Origin: Lytechinus pictus
Taxonomy: Eukaryota
DNA length: 64,000 nucleotides
Reading direction: 5' to 3'
Assembly (NCBI RefSeq): GCF_037042905.1
Contig: NC_087250.1
Location: 24,492,001 to 24,556,000 of the forward strand
The translations under genes and the position numbers were made by a program. Shown here in pieces: positions 14,316 to 28,420 of the stretch. The number at the start of each line of letters is the position of its first letter. Position 1 is the stretch's first letter. Below the pieces are notes generated by a model. It did no database searches. It saw only the letters and a program-made list of their open reading frames with translations, and was not told the DNA's origin.

Positions 14316-14966
14316 ATGGTAATCATCACTATATTTATTCCCCAACAGTAAAAAACAATTAAAGATAAATATCTAACCATACTCATACAGTTGTAAACAT
14401 CGTTATTTCTCAGCTATTAAATACCTATACATAATCGATTACAAACGATTACTGAATTTCGCTATCCTACTATATACATGGATTTAAAATTATTATACGC
14501 TCTTTGCCGTTCCGAAACAATGCTGATAATTAAATAAACCTTTCAATACAATATATACATGTATATGATTCAAATAAATTCGGTAGCCCAGATTCATTTG
14601 GGCAGCCCCCACCCCCTCCCCCTCTCAAATGAATGAATGGGAAGAAATGGGTTGGGGAGTCATCATCATCATATTCAACCATATTTATCATCATCCAAAT
14701 ATTCATCACATAGAGTCATCTTGTTTGTGCTCCTAAAACTGAAGGGCTTAACTTGAACTATGAACCTATACATGTTAATACCTGTCCAGGCAGGATCCTG
14801 GTTGCTATAACGACAGTGCAAGAGACGCACACAACAGTAAAAAGGCACTCTCCTGGTATGCCTGGTTCACAGCAAATCGGTATTATATTGATTTTAGGAT
14901 AAAGACAACAGACGGGAAGTATATAGCATCAGGGGCTAAAACAATTACAAAAAAAAAAAATATATA

Positions 14967-15007
<41 letters not shown>

Positions 15008-15785
15008 AAATAGCCCAAATTTAAATGGGTAGCACCCCCTCCAAAAAGAGGGAGTAAGGGTATATAAGCTACTCAATTTTTTTGTCACGTGCGTTTCCTT
15101 TACCGCAACTGCAAACAAAAATAATGTTGATTGGCATCTTTATATAAGTAAAGTATTAAGTTTTGTCGCCGAGAAACCCATTAAAACAAAATCTAAAGAA
15201 AACCGAACACACTAATTAATTTTGCAATGTTTACGACATTCATTTTCTTGTACACATACATCCAAATATAAAGATATTTTCATCCTTTATTTTATTCCTT
15301 TAGTTTGTCATTTCTTTATGTTTTCATACCGATAATAGCCTATTGTAGCAATAATACAACGCAAGTTAATGATTCAGTGTCATTATAGCTTGTTTCTTCG
15401 TTTTGAACATCAATTTTTTATATCGAAATGATTATGGTCTGTCTTAGAATCCATTATTACATCAACATTAACATGGTCATAATCATTGCTTTAACTCATC
15501 ATCATCCAAATGGTCATCACATGCAGTCATCTAGTTTGTGCTCCTAAAAAGGAAGGGCTTAACTTGAACTATAAACCTATACACGTTAACAACTGTGGAG
15601 ACTATACGAGCAGGTTCCTGGTTGCTATAACGACAGTACAAGAGAGGAGCACTCTCCAGGTTCACAATAAATCGGTAAATAAATCGGTATTGATTTTTAG
15701 CATGAAAACAAAAGAAGGGAAATAGAGTATCGGGAAGATTCAACTCTCGCTCGACCATTCCCTAAAATCCCCGAACGGAAATGTG

Positions 15786-17175
15786 CACTCTAAAAAGCGA
15801 AGAGCTACAAAGAGCTAATAGCTCTTAAAGATCAAGTCTACCTCAGAAAAATGTTGATTTGAATCAAAGAAAATTCAGACAAACATTATGCTGAAAACTG
15901 CATCAAATATCTTGATTCGGATGTAAAATAAGAAAGTTATGACATTTTAAAGGTTCGCTTATTTTTCACACAATAGTTATATGCACAATTTAGTCACATT
16001 TAAATTAGAGAATCGATGATTTCCTTCACTCACTATTTCTTCTTTTTATTGTTTGAATTCTATTATATTTCAATTTTTACAGATTTTCATTTATTCATTT
16101 ATTTATTTCCATTAAAAATACATATAAATACAAGTAAAAATGGAAATATCAAACTGATTAAAACGATACAAATAGGAAATGTAATATACATAGCATACAA
16201 ATAATAAAGTACAAAATATAATTAAAAATAATATAAAGGGTGCATCCGTAAAAGCCAATTAAAGGCTTGATGAATTGGATGCACCAAAACGCACAACAAT
16301 CATGATTACATGTATACAGGCTTTGCAATGAACAACACCTGGACATAGTGTCTCCATCCACCCGCCGGGAGCCAATGCACATTCTAGGCAGAATACAGAT
16401 CGCACGCAAAAACAGCTACCACGTCAAGCATAAGACACCCGACGTAGCAACAGCCAAACGTGCGATTCACCTTCGCTTAGCGCCAAACAAAGGTCCGAGT
16501 ATTGAATCTACTAAAAAAAACAGTTTATAACTCTCTGCAATGTGTATAATTGATGACCGTTAAACTGAGAAAAGAAAGGGATATTATCAATTAAACGTAT
16601 TAACAATTAGGCATCATAAAAAGAGAGAAGATGTCTTTTATGGAGCCTATTACAGGCATAATAAGACGTACAGACTTTAAAGAAGAAGGTTATAGTATTC
16701 CAAATTTTGGACCAACATAACGGAGAGATTTGACAATAAGGACCAACTTGACTGAACCATGTAATGATAAACAATGTTAATTCCACATGTTCAGTGATAA
16801 TGAGGAGAGAATTCGAATATTTCATATAATGCAAAAGAAAAAGTGAGTGAGTGATGTCATCATTTCCCTCATTTGCATACCGACCATGATATGCATAATA
16901 ATAAGCGAAACTTTAAGATGTCACAACTTTCTTATTTAAATCCAATTTTGATGAAATTTTCAGTGGTATGCTCGTTGGATTTTTCTCTTTTTATTAAAAT
17001 CAACTTTTTGTTTGGGTGGACTTGTCCTTTAAAGAGCGTCTATTGTGACTGCACTTCGGAGTGCTGATTTGTCTAGTTCAAATTGAACGAGAAAAATCAG
17101 CACTCCGAAGTGCACTCACATACGCGCTCTTTTAGAGCTAAATTAGCTCTTTGTAGCTATTCGTTATTTAGAGTG
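15786..17175. mobile_element. Nested stack: CACTCTAAA MITE containing a TTAA MITE (15825-17032) containing a LINE 3' fragment (about 16085-16735, minus strand)
   Basis: Outer TIR cactctaaa...tttagagtg and inner TTAAAG...CCTTTAA. The innermost segment shows a degenerate SLRYVGPK.WN motif typical of CR1/L2 ORF2 C-termini. Confidence 0.7.
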
Positions 17176-18527
17176 TGGCAATGAGAGACAGATAAAGGAA
17201 ATCATGCAAGTATAAACCTGAAAATTTTATCAAAATCAGATATAAATAGGAAAGTAATGACATTTTGTTGTTTTGTTTTTTACAACAGTTATAATTATGC
17301 AAATCTTAGTCAGGAGCGCGTCGCCGACACAACGATATGTTTGTGTTCTAATTATGAATTATTTTAATATGGTCATAGCGATGAATTTGATTTCTATGCA
17401 TGATTTCACTGAACATTCTAACATTGAACATATACCGTATGCGGGGTGCCCCCATTCTACGAAAAAGCCTGGATCTTGCCCTTTTCTATCTCTTTTCTCC
17501 TTCACTCGTTTCCTTCTTTCACTTTACTCTTCGGCCCATTTTTTTTTTCTCTTCGCATATTGCCACCATTTCTAGAGTTTCTATACCAAAAATTAGAACA
17601 TTTGTAGCTTTATCGGCCACATGAACTCCCATAATACCCCGGCCTAGATATAGGCTTAAAACTCAATGGTTTTACTCCTTTTTTTTTTTTACAAAAAGAA
17701 CAAACTGAAGTGCGGCATTTGCAATTAAACAATCTCTGTATCTTAATGCGAACCACGAGCGGAAATTTTCGATATTCTGAGGGAGAATTTAAGCACTGTC
17801 GAACATGAAGTAAAAGTGTGGAGAGGAAATTTGGATCTCACTTTACGAGCACAAAGCGCAAGTTTAGCTTTTAATGTAGATTTAGACCTAAAATCGAGAC
17901 ATTTGAAGCGATACCGCAATGAAAAAGGGATTACTAAGCCAAATAAAAGACATTGAATATCCAATGAAACAATGCGAGCTGAATTTTTTTATATCAAGAT
18001 ATTTTTTTCAATGAAGATCAAGATAAAAGCTATGTAGGCCTATCTCAATAAACAGTTATTACGAGCGCAAAGCGCAAGCTGTTTTTTTTTTTTTTTTGGT
18101 ATAGACTTTAAAAAGGCAACACTATTTTTGCACTTCCTGTAATAATTAAAACGAAGGGTATCATGCTCAACAAATTTTGATATTCAGACTTGATAAAAAC
18201 TGGACGTTTGAAACGTTTTTTAATATGTCTAAAGAACAAACTTTTATCTCAATAGATAATGTGAGCGCATAGGGCGAGCTGATGTTCATACTGACCCTCT
18301 AGGGGACCTGTTAAGTGTCCAAGACGTAAGAATATTGTGAAGATGATATGGATCTCAATAAAATGAATGATGCGAAGTGCGAGCCGAATTTTTTTTTTGC
18401 GGTTTAGAACTACAACCGGGCCATTTTAATCACTGTCGGTAAAAGCACGCGTGACTTTTAGGCGATGTATACTATAAATTCGGGAATCTAATCACTGTCA
18501 GTAGATGAAGCCCCTGGGTGTTAACAG

Positions 18528-19058
18528 CCCGGGGGGGCACTCAGTATATAATGCATATTGGGTATGTGCCGCGGAGGGGACCCCCATTTTTACACTCAAA
18601 TTTCCGTTCCAAGGCATAGCATTTTTGTCTTATTGAGAAAAAGAACAAAGAAAGCCGCTCCAAGGCATATCATTTCCTTCTTATCGAGAAAAAAAGAATA
18701 AAGAAATCCGCTCCAAAGTTTCGCATATTTTTCGTTACGCCGTTCCGGTCGCATTGATTTTGGTGAAAAGCGGCCGTAGAGCGCTTTTCGACCATCGCCT
18801 ATAAGCGCGAGCGCACCCGGCGGAGGCCGCGCTAGCTGCGTCATGCACGATTGCCCGTTCCATAGGGATGCCTATACGCACCACAGAGATACGGAGATCC
18901 GTTCAGAGGACCCCCGTTTTCACAAACATTTGTAGTTCCGAAGCCCGTTCCGATGACCCTCCTTTTTACAATAAGCCCGCTCCAAGGCCCCCGTTTTTTG
19001 CCTCGCCCGCGGCACACCCCTACCACTTTTTTGGTCGAGTGCCCCCCCCCCCCCCGGG
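18528..19058. mobile_element. Non-autonomous DNA element with CCCGGGGGGGCACTC termini
   Basis: Inverted termini and an 8-bp TSD GTTAACAG (18520-18527, 19059-19066). Confidence 0.8.
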
Positions 19059-19958
19059 GTTAACAGCCCTGGATGAACCGACATTTACATTCTAATCACT
19101 GTCGGTACATGAGGCAGTTGGAAAATTCCAGCTTGAATCGACAGTTTATCATTTTTCGGACAGGCTTCGATCTCACTAAATGAATAATGCAAGCGCGAAA
19201 ATTTTGGGTGATTTAGACCTAATAGTAAAGTCGGGACATTCTAATCACTGTCGGTAGATGAAGCCATAAGAACAGCCCTGGGTGACCCAACATTTACGTT
19301 CTAATCACTGTCTGTACATGAGGCAGTTGGAAAATTCCAGTGTGACCCGACAGTTTATCATTTTTTCTGACGAGCACGAAGCGCGAGCTGAATTTTTTTT
19401 GGCGATCTAGACCTACAACCGGGCCATTTTAATCAATGTCGGTACCAAGTGCGTGTTCACTTTTTAGGCGATAAAGACTGAAAATCGGTAAATTTTAATC
19501 ACTGTAGGTAGATGAAGCCGCTGGAACAGCCATAGGTGATCCGACAGTGTATCATTTTCCGACAGGCGACGGTCCAACAGCCCCTGCTTTTTTCTCTCAA
19601 TCCTTCTTTCTCATTCCTTTTTTTCTTTTTTTTTCTCTCCTTTCTTTTTTTCGTTCTTTTTCCCTTCCTCCTTTTTTACCCTCTCTCCTTTCATTTTTTC
19701 CCGACGGGCGTGGAGATTTCCCGACGATATCCATAGTAGTGGGGGAGGGGGGGGGGGGTCGGGTGTGGGGGGTGCGACACCTGCTTATGTATGTATCAGT
19801 GAATTTGAAAACCACCTTGATTGTTGCATTCTTATCTTATTTTATTCTTTTACTGTTCATGCGCATGAGCTAACTGTGAACTGGTTTATTACATCTAATT
19901 ATATAATAAAAATAAAAAACCTTTCTTACATTAATATTAAAAATGTTTGAAATCTTAC

Positions 19959-20058
19959 CTAGATCATCGTGTGTATCATCATTGTCAGCATCAACTAGTT
20001 TCAGATCGATCATCAATGGTGCGACGATGAGAAACAGAAATATTACAAAGCGATGCAT
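19959..20058 (-). CDS. Class B (Methuselah-like) GPCR, coding exon 1: signal peptide
   Basis: Encodes MHRFVIFLFLIVAPLMIDLKLVDADNDDTHDDL, with a hydrophobic N-terminus. It ends G|gtaaga (phase 1), matching the phase-1 acceptor at 11199. An acceptor-like ttgtag lies just upstream (AG at 20069-20070), implying a further 5' UTR exon. Confidence 0.75.
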
Positions 20059-23000
20059 TGTGGAAAATCTACAAGGCATGAGAAAGGGGAAAATAATGGT
20101 TAAAGGAAATCTAGGTACCTGATGGTGTCAGGCTCTCACAGTGTGTGGACTTGGGGTGGTTTCCTGAATGGTCCCAGAATGCTGTTCTGGAATGGTTGGC
20201 CTATCTCACTCTTTGTCATGATTGATTCTTTAAAGGAGTCATGTAAATCAGGTTGATTCAGGACTCTAAGTGTTGAATTTGTAATTGAATTTATTATCAA
20301 ATACTCGCTGATCTTGACTTGCCTTATAGTGTAAGACCAACAGGTCTAAAAAAATAATAGTTTCATACACCTTACGACTGTTCGCGATCCGATTTTGGAA
20401 GAAATCGCATTTTGCTCATTTTCTAAAAATGTGAATGGAACATATCATTATATTTGAGGTTAAAATTAATTGAAAGAATGCTAACATAACCATTTCGAAA
20501 GATTGCAAGCATTTATTTTGGAGTAAAGGCCTAATTATTCTCAAATCGTAGCCAATCGTACGACTGCTATATGACGTCATTACGACTAGATATTAAATTT
20601 GCTTTTATTCTAAGAAGTATGATAGCATATATAGTCACATATTTGAATATAGGTATTCGTACGATGATTTTGAACATTACACGGTAAGATATTCCAAGTC
20701 TCAATACTCATGATACTAGCATCAAATTCTACTACGTTTTATTCCAAAATTGAGTCGCAGACCAATCTTAAGGTGTGCGGTCGCCTTAACTTGCAATAGC
20801 GATTTGAGAGTATATACTATTATGTAATTATTTCCAGTATGATGGCTCGGGGGTCTTGTGTAATGGATAGTGTTATATCCATTTGGCGAGTCGAGCACAG
20901 AGTTCATTATTTAGGTCCTCTATGCAAGTCAAGATCAGTGAGTATTTGATAATAATTTCAATTACAAATTCAGCACTTAGAAAAAAGTACACACGGACAC
21001 TAAAATCATGTGATCATTGTGATAATCCCATATTGCAATCTGGTTACAACAAATACTTTAATTTTATATGGCACCTAGATAGATCCTTGTGATTTGATTG
21101 GTTGTTTGATATCGTTTATTCAGCCCATTTTGCAATGACGTCATTAACCGTGCAATTTTGGATCCATACGATTTTGTTCGTTGTGAACTTCGAAGTATCC
21201 ACCAATATGGCTTGTTTGTCTTGGTCTTGATAACCAAGCAAGAAATAGGATGGGATTGGCGACTAGGGTGATGGGGGTGGGGGGGTAAACACTGCTGCAT
21301 GCTCTTCGAACCCCCAAAGTAATCAAGTAGAAATCAAAATGAATGTATCAATACAAGAAAACTAAGTCCAACAATAAGGCTGCCAAAAACACAGGGAACT
21401 CTCAGTGACACCTCAATGAGACACACACTATGCGCATATTTTTTTTTTTGGGGGGGGGGGTTGAGGCACGGTACCTGGGTAGTCGAAAAAGGAGGCAATA
21501 TATGAAAATAAAAAGGGAGAGAAAAAAACGTAGGAAGATATCGCAAAAAATGGGAAAGTATATGAGAAAAGGAAAAAAGGAAGAGGGAATAAAGGGGGTG
21601 GGGGAATAAAGGGGGAAAAAAGGGGGAGATGAAATAATAATAATAATAAAAGAGCGTGCATGGGCGCGTGCGCCCGCAATTTGACCTAATAGCGAGGAGC
21701 AGAAATGATGCTCGACCTTTGGGGTGCTAATTTGATGTTTGACCGGGAGCGCATGTGTCACATGGGGGGAGGGGGTGGGCAAATTGAACTTAAACTTAGG
21801 GGGCATGAACTTGACCCGTTATGAGGGGGCACCAAACTGACCTTAAGCTCGAGGGAGGGGGTGCTTTGGCGCGGATCCGGGGGGGGGGGCACACCGGCTC
21901 ATGCCTCCCCCCTTTTGAGAGCCACAAAAAAGTGATCGAAAGTACCGTATATGTGCAAATGCTAACCCTTTTTTTAATTTTTGCCTGTCAAATTTTTCTG
22001 GACAAAAGTGCCCCCCCTGGAAATTCCTGGATCCGCACCTGGCTGGCATTTAATAACACACATATAGGCCCTATATATTTTTTTTTATTTAGAAGTGAAT
22101 GAATGACTCAAAATTGGTCGTATAGCTTCTCATTGGCGGCGGAAGCCAACAAAATTAGGGGGGGGTCTACCTCGAATTTATGGTTGGACACAGGAAAACA
22201 ATTTGACAAGCAAAAAAAAAAAGGTGAACAAACAAAACGATTAAATTAAACAATTTTTAGGGCGGTCCACCTGAATTTAGGGGGGGACGCGGGAAACAAA
22301 ATTGACAAGCAAAAACAAAAAACTCAAATTTAGGGGGACAGGACCCTCGCCCCCCCTCCCCCTGCTTCCGTCGCCTATCATAAGCGGCCTATGTAGCTTC
22401 TTAATATCACTTTAATTGCACCAAGCTTTCGATCAAAGCTTGGCACAAGAAAGAAGCTACAAGATTTGTATTGTCATTTATATAATATGTTTACTACATT
22501 CGAACTTTCTGACGAAGACGGAACCAAACGGCGGCTCTCCTATCGTTTTGGCAAAAATTTGAACCAGTCATTTGGATCCGGGGGGCCCGATCGACTAGCC
22601 GTTTTGTACTGGCGGTATTAATCAACTAGCCGTTTTGGACCGCCGGTACCCGGGCCAAATATTCTATGACACCGGCTGCAGCTCATGCACCAGCAGCAGT
22701 GCGCATGTTGTAACGACGTAACAATCAACCGAACTCGCGCTGCATCGGAGCATGTTTTGCATCGAAATTCATATGAAAAAACAATTAGGTGTCATATAAA
22801 CCAAATAATGAATTTTCGTGCAATGGACAGAATACTTCATGAAGTGAAAGATGAAATGATCCATTCAACGAGGATGGATCATTATTGCATCTTTCACCGA
22901 ATGAATTATTTGTATATTCATCGTAATTATTATTTGTTTACTTTGTGACTTCTTATAGACAAGAGTCTCCTCCATGTTAATTCCATGAAAATTGATTTTT

Positions 23001-23312
23001 TTTAATTGAAAGTGATTTTATTCGTGTCATTATTATATGTTTGATCGACGCCTTCAAATAATCAGTAAAAACGCTGTTTAAGATTTTATACAACGTTGTT
23101 TACTATATGAACCTTACAGTATTTATTTAACCGTTTAAACAATCATGTTTAATTTATTGAAAATTAGATATTGAAAATTAAACTTTGTTGCTTAAGATTT
23201 AAACAGTTGTTTAAATGTTTAAACAATTACTGTAAGGTTCATTATTATAGTAAACAGCGTTGTATAATTTTTTTTTACTGTGAATATGTAATTCGAAAAA
23301 TATCAGTGTCTA

Positions 23313-26269
23313 TAGCAACAAAATTACTTTTTTTCTTTCCAGGGCTCTTTTTGGAGAAACTTAAAAATTTTCCAGGGCTACTTTTTCATTTTCCAGGGCT
23401 CTTTTTCCACTTTTCAGGGCTACAATTTCTGGAGCTATTTCGCGGCTTTTTTGCGTTTGTGTGTGTGTGTATGTGTGTATATATATACACGGTAGCTAGC
23501 ATATACCAGGGAAGTATAACACTTCCCTGGTTTGACCTTCGCATTGTTTCTTCGAAGTGATTGTTTATGATTTTAGTGTTGTGATGATAAATTGATTTTG
23601 ATGCTTGAACGATATCTGAGTTGATTCATGGACCTAATACAGACCTATTCAGATTAAATCATGGAGGTAGAACCTCCATGAATTAATCCAAGTTTGAATG
23701 TTTGATACTTGGTTGACGTGAGCTTTGCGTGTTTACTATTTAGTGTTATAGCCCATTTGCTAAATTAATCTAGAAAGATCTGTATTCGTGTCTAAAGACA
23801 ATGTAAAAGAAAAAGAAATTTCTGAATTTGTACAATTCTGAGGTAATTTATTTTATCATACAATATAGGTACCTGCAAATGTTATGAAGTTGAACAAATA
23901 TCCTTCGTACATATTTGACTGAAAGTTATTTAAATGACACTTTTTTAAAAAGACTTAAAATTATTCATACAAAATAATGATACAAGTCATAAAGGTCGTT
24001 GAATTGTTAAGCGTTCGTATCAGTTACACAGATTCATGACAAAAAGGCCTACCAGAACCAAAACTGGCAATTTCCATCATCCATCATGAATAGCGCGTTT
24101 TCGCCCAGCGTCGTACGACGCTATCTACGACGTAGAACGATCTCTTGGTTCGTGCGTCCGTCGCGCTCAACTCTCGCTTGTAAGCAGTTTCGCAAATCGC
24201 TGAACGCGGCCGGATCGACCGGAAGTACGTAGAACACCATCCGATGCAGTATCATGTTTATGCACAACGCAATGTTATCTTTATGTTACAGGCAATGCAT
24301 GGCTGGCATGTAATGTTGACACGCCAACATATGCATTGTATATGTTCCTACTATGTGCACACAACTGGCAGTGCCATGTGTCTTGCAGTCGCGTCGTCGA
24401 CCGAGCCATGCAACGGCTTTTCAATCATATTTCAATAATCATACTCGTTTAAACTTCTACTGTAACATTTTGAAATTATACTTAGCTTGATTTTAGTATA
24501 ATTGAAATGGTACTCACCGAAAAACTCGCATTCGAGTCCATGTTTTGAAGCTTTCAGCTATCAGTGTAGTCAGAGTAGAGTACAACATGTGCATGCACGC
24601 GATGGGCGAATGTGTTTACATCGGCTCAGCTTGCTCGCTCTACAAGCGATCTGATTGGCTGTTGACGGCTGTTGACAAATCCTACGTTCTAATGCGGACG
24701 CCCGCTAATTTGCGGAAGAACCGTCCGTGATTTGAGCTCAAGAACGCTCGGGCCTCTGTTTCCATGGAAGTTGGCGATTTTTGCACCCTTACGTTCTACG
24801 TCGTACGACGCTGGGCGAAAACGCGCTAATGCCTAGCCTTGCACGGCCTCTAATTAAAATGAACTTATCCACGTCTTTGCAAATTTTACCTGACCTAATT
24901 TCTCCACACAGTGAGAGAGGCCATGTGGCAGCCAAACCAAAACAGAATGAAAAGGGCGGCAATCTCGTACCCCCCCCCCCCCACCACAAGAATATCAGAT
25001 TTCCAAACATGTGCTTCTCAAGATTGTGCAATACATGACGGAGACAAAGAAAGTTATGTAAACAAATTGCTGAGGGTTGATGTCCCTGAATTAAGGGGCT
25101 AGTCTACGTTTTCAGTCACTTAAGAAAATGGCGAACTGGCCAAAGGTGAAATACATCATTGAAAAAAAAATGAATGTTTGGATTAAAATAACGAAGATTA
25201 AATGAAATATGACTGAAAAATATCCATAGTTGAATCTCTACTTTTATTACTGACAGAACAATAACATCATTTTTTTTATTAACTTCTTGCCAATATTCCA
25301 ATAAGGCAAGACTCCCATTTAAGACTAGCAAGCAAACGTTATCAATGGGATTTTTGAATGAAAGAAAAAAAAATCAAAGCGTGATTTTTTTTTAAGGGAT
25401 AGACGAGACTCTTGTTTTGAACAGAGATATAAAAATATTTAAAAACAAACAAGAGGTGATAAACACTTCATTAAAATTATAATGAAGTTCGTAGTGAATT
25501 ACAACTTGTAAAAGGAGAAATTAACAAGAATAATAGGGAAATAAAGTTTGGGAGAAAAGAAGGAATGAGGAGAGACAAGCTTTGGGGGGAAGGATCAAGA
25601 TGGGTGGCTGCAGCTCGACATGGGGCTAGAGAGTGTACATAAATGGGAGGGGGGGAGCAATCATCTATCAAGTCGCCCAAAATCTTACACCTTCAAACTT
25701 CTCACACAATCCACACACAAATCCCAGTTCATGATACAATCACAAGTGTCGCTCAACACATGCGCACGTGGTCTCTACTGGCATTTTACAGTCACACACA
25801 CAGAAATACACACTACACACAATGCACACGATGCATCCCCATACCACATGCAGTCACACTGAGCCTAAAGCACACAAGCAGAGAAACGTTCTGCTCGAAG
25901 TGTATGACTCCTCGGCTCCAAATTCTACATTTATCTTATCTCAGTGCTTGGAGTCGGCGCTGGGGCCGATTTTCGTCCATGAATGAGAGAGCATGGCAAA
26001 GACTCGAGTCCCTTTATCTCAGAACCGCCGCCACTTGGTAGTCGAGTCTCCAGAGATCAGGGTCGACTCCCCGACTCTGATTGAGAATCGGGTAGACTCG
26101 ATTACCCGGCGCTGGCTCCCAAGCCTAGTTGACGGGGGCGATTATGAGTTTTGCAGTCGCCCTCGTGTGAATGTTTTTAGCCCTTTTCCGGGGCTCTTTT
26201 TGGACTTTCCGGGGCGAATTCGCCCGCCGCCCCCGTGTAATTTTTTGGTTGCCGGGCGGGCGCCGCCTA
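23313..26269. mobile_element. About 2.96-kb insertion with degenerate TAG...CTA termini
   Basis: Defined by comparing the filled site with the empty paralogous site gtgtctagcctc at about 27283-27294. The left end TAGCAACAAAATTAC matches the reverse complement of the right subterminal GTAATTTTTTGGTTGC. Confidence 0.65.
24092..24827. mobile_element. MITE, PIF/Harbinger-like
   Basis: TIR AGCGCGTTTTCGCCCAGCGTCGTACGACG and its inverse, with a 3-bp AAT duplication. Confidence 0.75.
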
Positions 26270-28420
26270 TAGCCTCTTGTGTATTTGAGAGGGACCCATT
26301 TCATTACTCTATATCATGTCCATGGTGGATTCCGTCTTTTATAATAGCATATTTAACTAGTTAAAGAAAAAGTCGTTGAGAAATTAATTCCAAATCGATG
26401 ATATTGATGTAATATTTTTAATAAGATCTAAAGCTTTCATTATCTCTTCTATTACAAGCTTAATTTGTCTTTTGCTTTCAGGGTTTCTCTGGATGACTGA
26501 TATTGTGCTGTGTACATCACTATAGCGTACCTACGGGGGGGGGGGGCAGAGGGGCAGTCTGCCCCCCCCCCCTGACGAGCCACCACCCATGCATGTATCC
26601 CTGCCCCCCTGACGAGCTTGAAATACCTTTTTGCCCCCCCCCCCCCTGACGAAAATCCTGGAAAATCCTAGGTACGCCAGTGGTGTACATGTATATCCAT
26701 TACTAAAAAGGTGATTTTAACTAGGTTTGTAATTTTCGACCCATTTCTATTTCACCATCTGTAACCAAGCCTTGAAAGAATTGTCCATCAGCAGTTATTG
26801 TTATTATATTTTGCTGTCCAATAGACAAAGAGGCACAATACGGCTTTCGACCAAGCTATTCTTTTTAACGGATAACTGATTAAATGCTATAGACGAAGGC
26901 CAAAATGACAGGAACGCTTTTTATTGATCTAAGATGTGCTTTTGATACTGTTGATGCATCTATTTTATTGAACAAATTAAAGAATGTTGTGATTTGCCAT
27001 TAGCATGGTTTGATTCATATTTAAATATAAGAGAAGCTAATTTGTTGCAATATAGAAAAGTACTTGCTGGATTTACCACGCTCAGAAATACCTAACCATC
27101 ATTGATGAAGCATAAATGAAGTTAATCAAACATAAATTGAATACTGTCGTGCAATTAAGGGGGGTAAAATGTTTGTCAAACTGTTTAAACTGTTTAAACA
27201 ATTACTGTAAGGTTCATTATTATAGTAAACAGCGTTGTATAAATTTTTTTTTTACTGTGAATATGTAATTCGAAAAATATCAGTGTCTAGCCTCTTGTGT
27301 ATTTGAGAGGGACCCATTTCATTACTCTATATCATGTCCATTGTGTATTCCGTCGTTTATATTTTTAATAGCATATTAACTAGTTAAAGAAAAAGTCGTT
27401 GAGAAATTAATTCCAAATCGATGATATTGATGTAATATTTTTAATAAGATCTAAAGCTTTCATTATCTCTTCTATTACAAGCTTAATTTATTTGTCTTTT
27501 GCTTTCAGGGTTCTCCAGTTGACTGATATTGTGCTAAGTACATGTATTTCCATTACTAAAAAGGTGATTTTAACTAGGTTTGTAATTTTTGACCCATTTC
27601 TATTTCACCGTCTGTAACCAAGCCTTGAAAGAATTGTCCATCAGCAGTTATTGTTATTATTTGCTGTCCAATAGACAAAGAGGCACAATACGTCTTTCGA
27701 CCAAGCTATTTTTTTTAACGGATAACTGATTAAATGCTATATAGACGAAGGCCAAAATGACAGGAACGCTTTTTATTGATCTAAGATGTGCTTTTGATAC
27801 TGTTGATGCATCTATTTTATTGAACAAATTAAAGAATATTGTGATTTGCCATTAGCATGGTTTGATTCATATTTAAATATAAGAGAAGCTAATTTGTTGC
27901 AATATAGAAAAGTACTTGCTGGATTTACCACGCTCAGAAATACCTAACCATCATTGATGAAGCATATAAGCAATGAAGTTATAATTAAACATAAATTGAA
28001 TACTGTCGTGAAATTAAGGGGGGTAAAATGTTTGTCAAATCGAAAAGTTGACTATAAATATTGCAAAAGAGGACAGAAAGACCTATTTAAACTGTAATAT
28101 ATAAATTCTGTACAGTATATATCTTATCTATAATGAATGAAGCTCGTAAATGGTTAATGTATTAAAGAATAACCTGACTGTTTAATGTTTTTAAAGATCT
28201 TAACATAAATTCTCGAATAGTGCTCATCATAATTTTTGGGCATAAATGCCAAAACAGACTATTGTAAGTGTGCTTTATGTTATGATCATGATGGTGGTTG
28301 CCATTAAATCTCAATATTAAGAATATTGAAAACCCTAAATAATTTAAACTCTCACAGGTAAAGAGATATTGTCTCAAAATTTCTTTGGTCGATCAACTGC
28401 ATGGGACAAATACCGATTCC
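26270..28420 (+). pseudogene. Decayed CR1/L2-type reverse-transcriptase fragments within a tandem duplication
   Basis: Frameshifted motifs RPISISPSV..LERIVHQQL and FIDL.xAFDTVD.SILLNKL each occur twice (about 26735-26980 and 27590-27835). Confidence 0.65.
26518..26682. mobile_element. Short hAT-like MITE
   Basis: 8-bp TSD GTGTACAT and TIR-like ends CACTATAGCGTACCTA/TAGGTACGCCAGTG. The empty site is visible in the duplicate copy near 27535. Confidence 0.8.
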
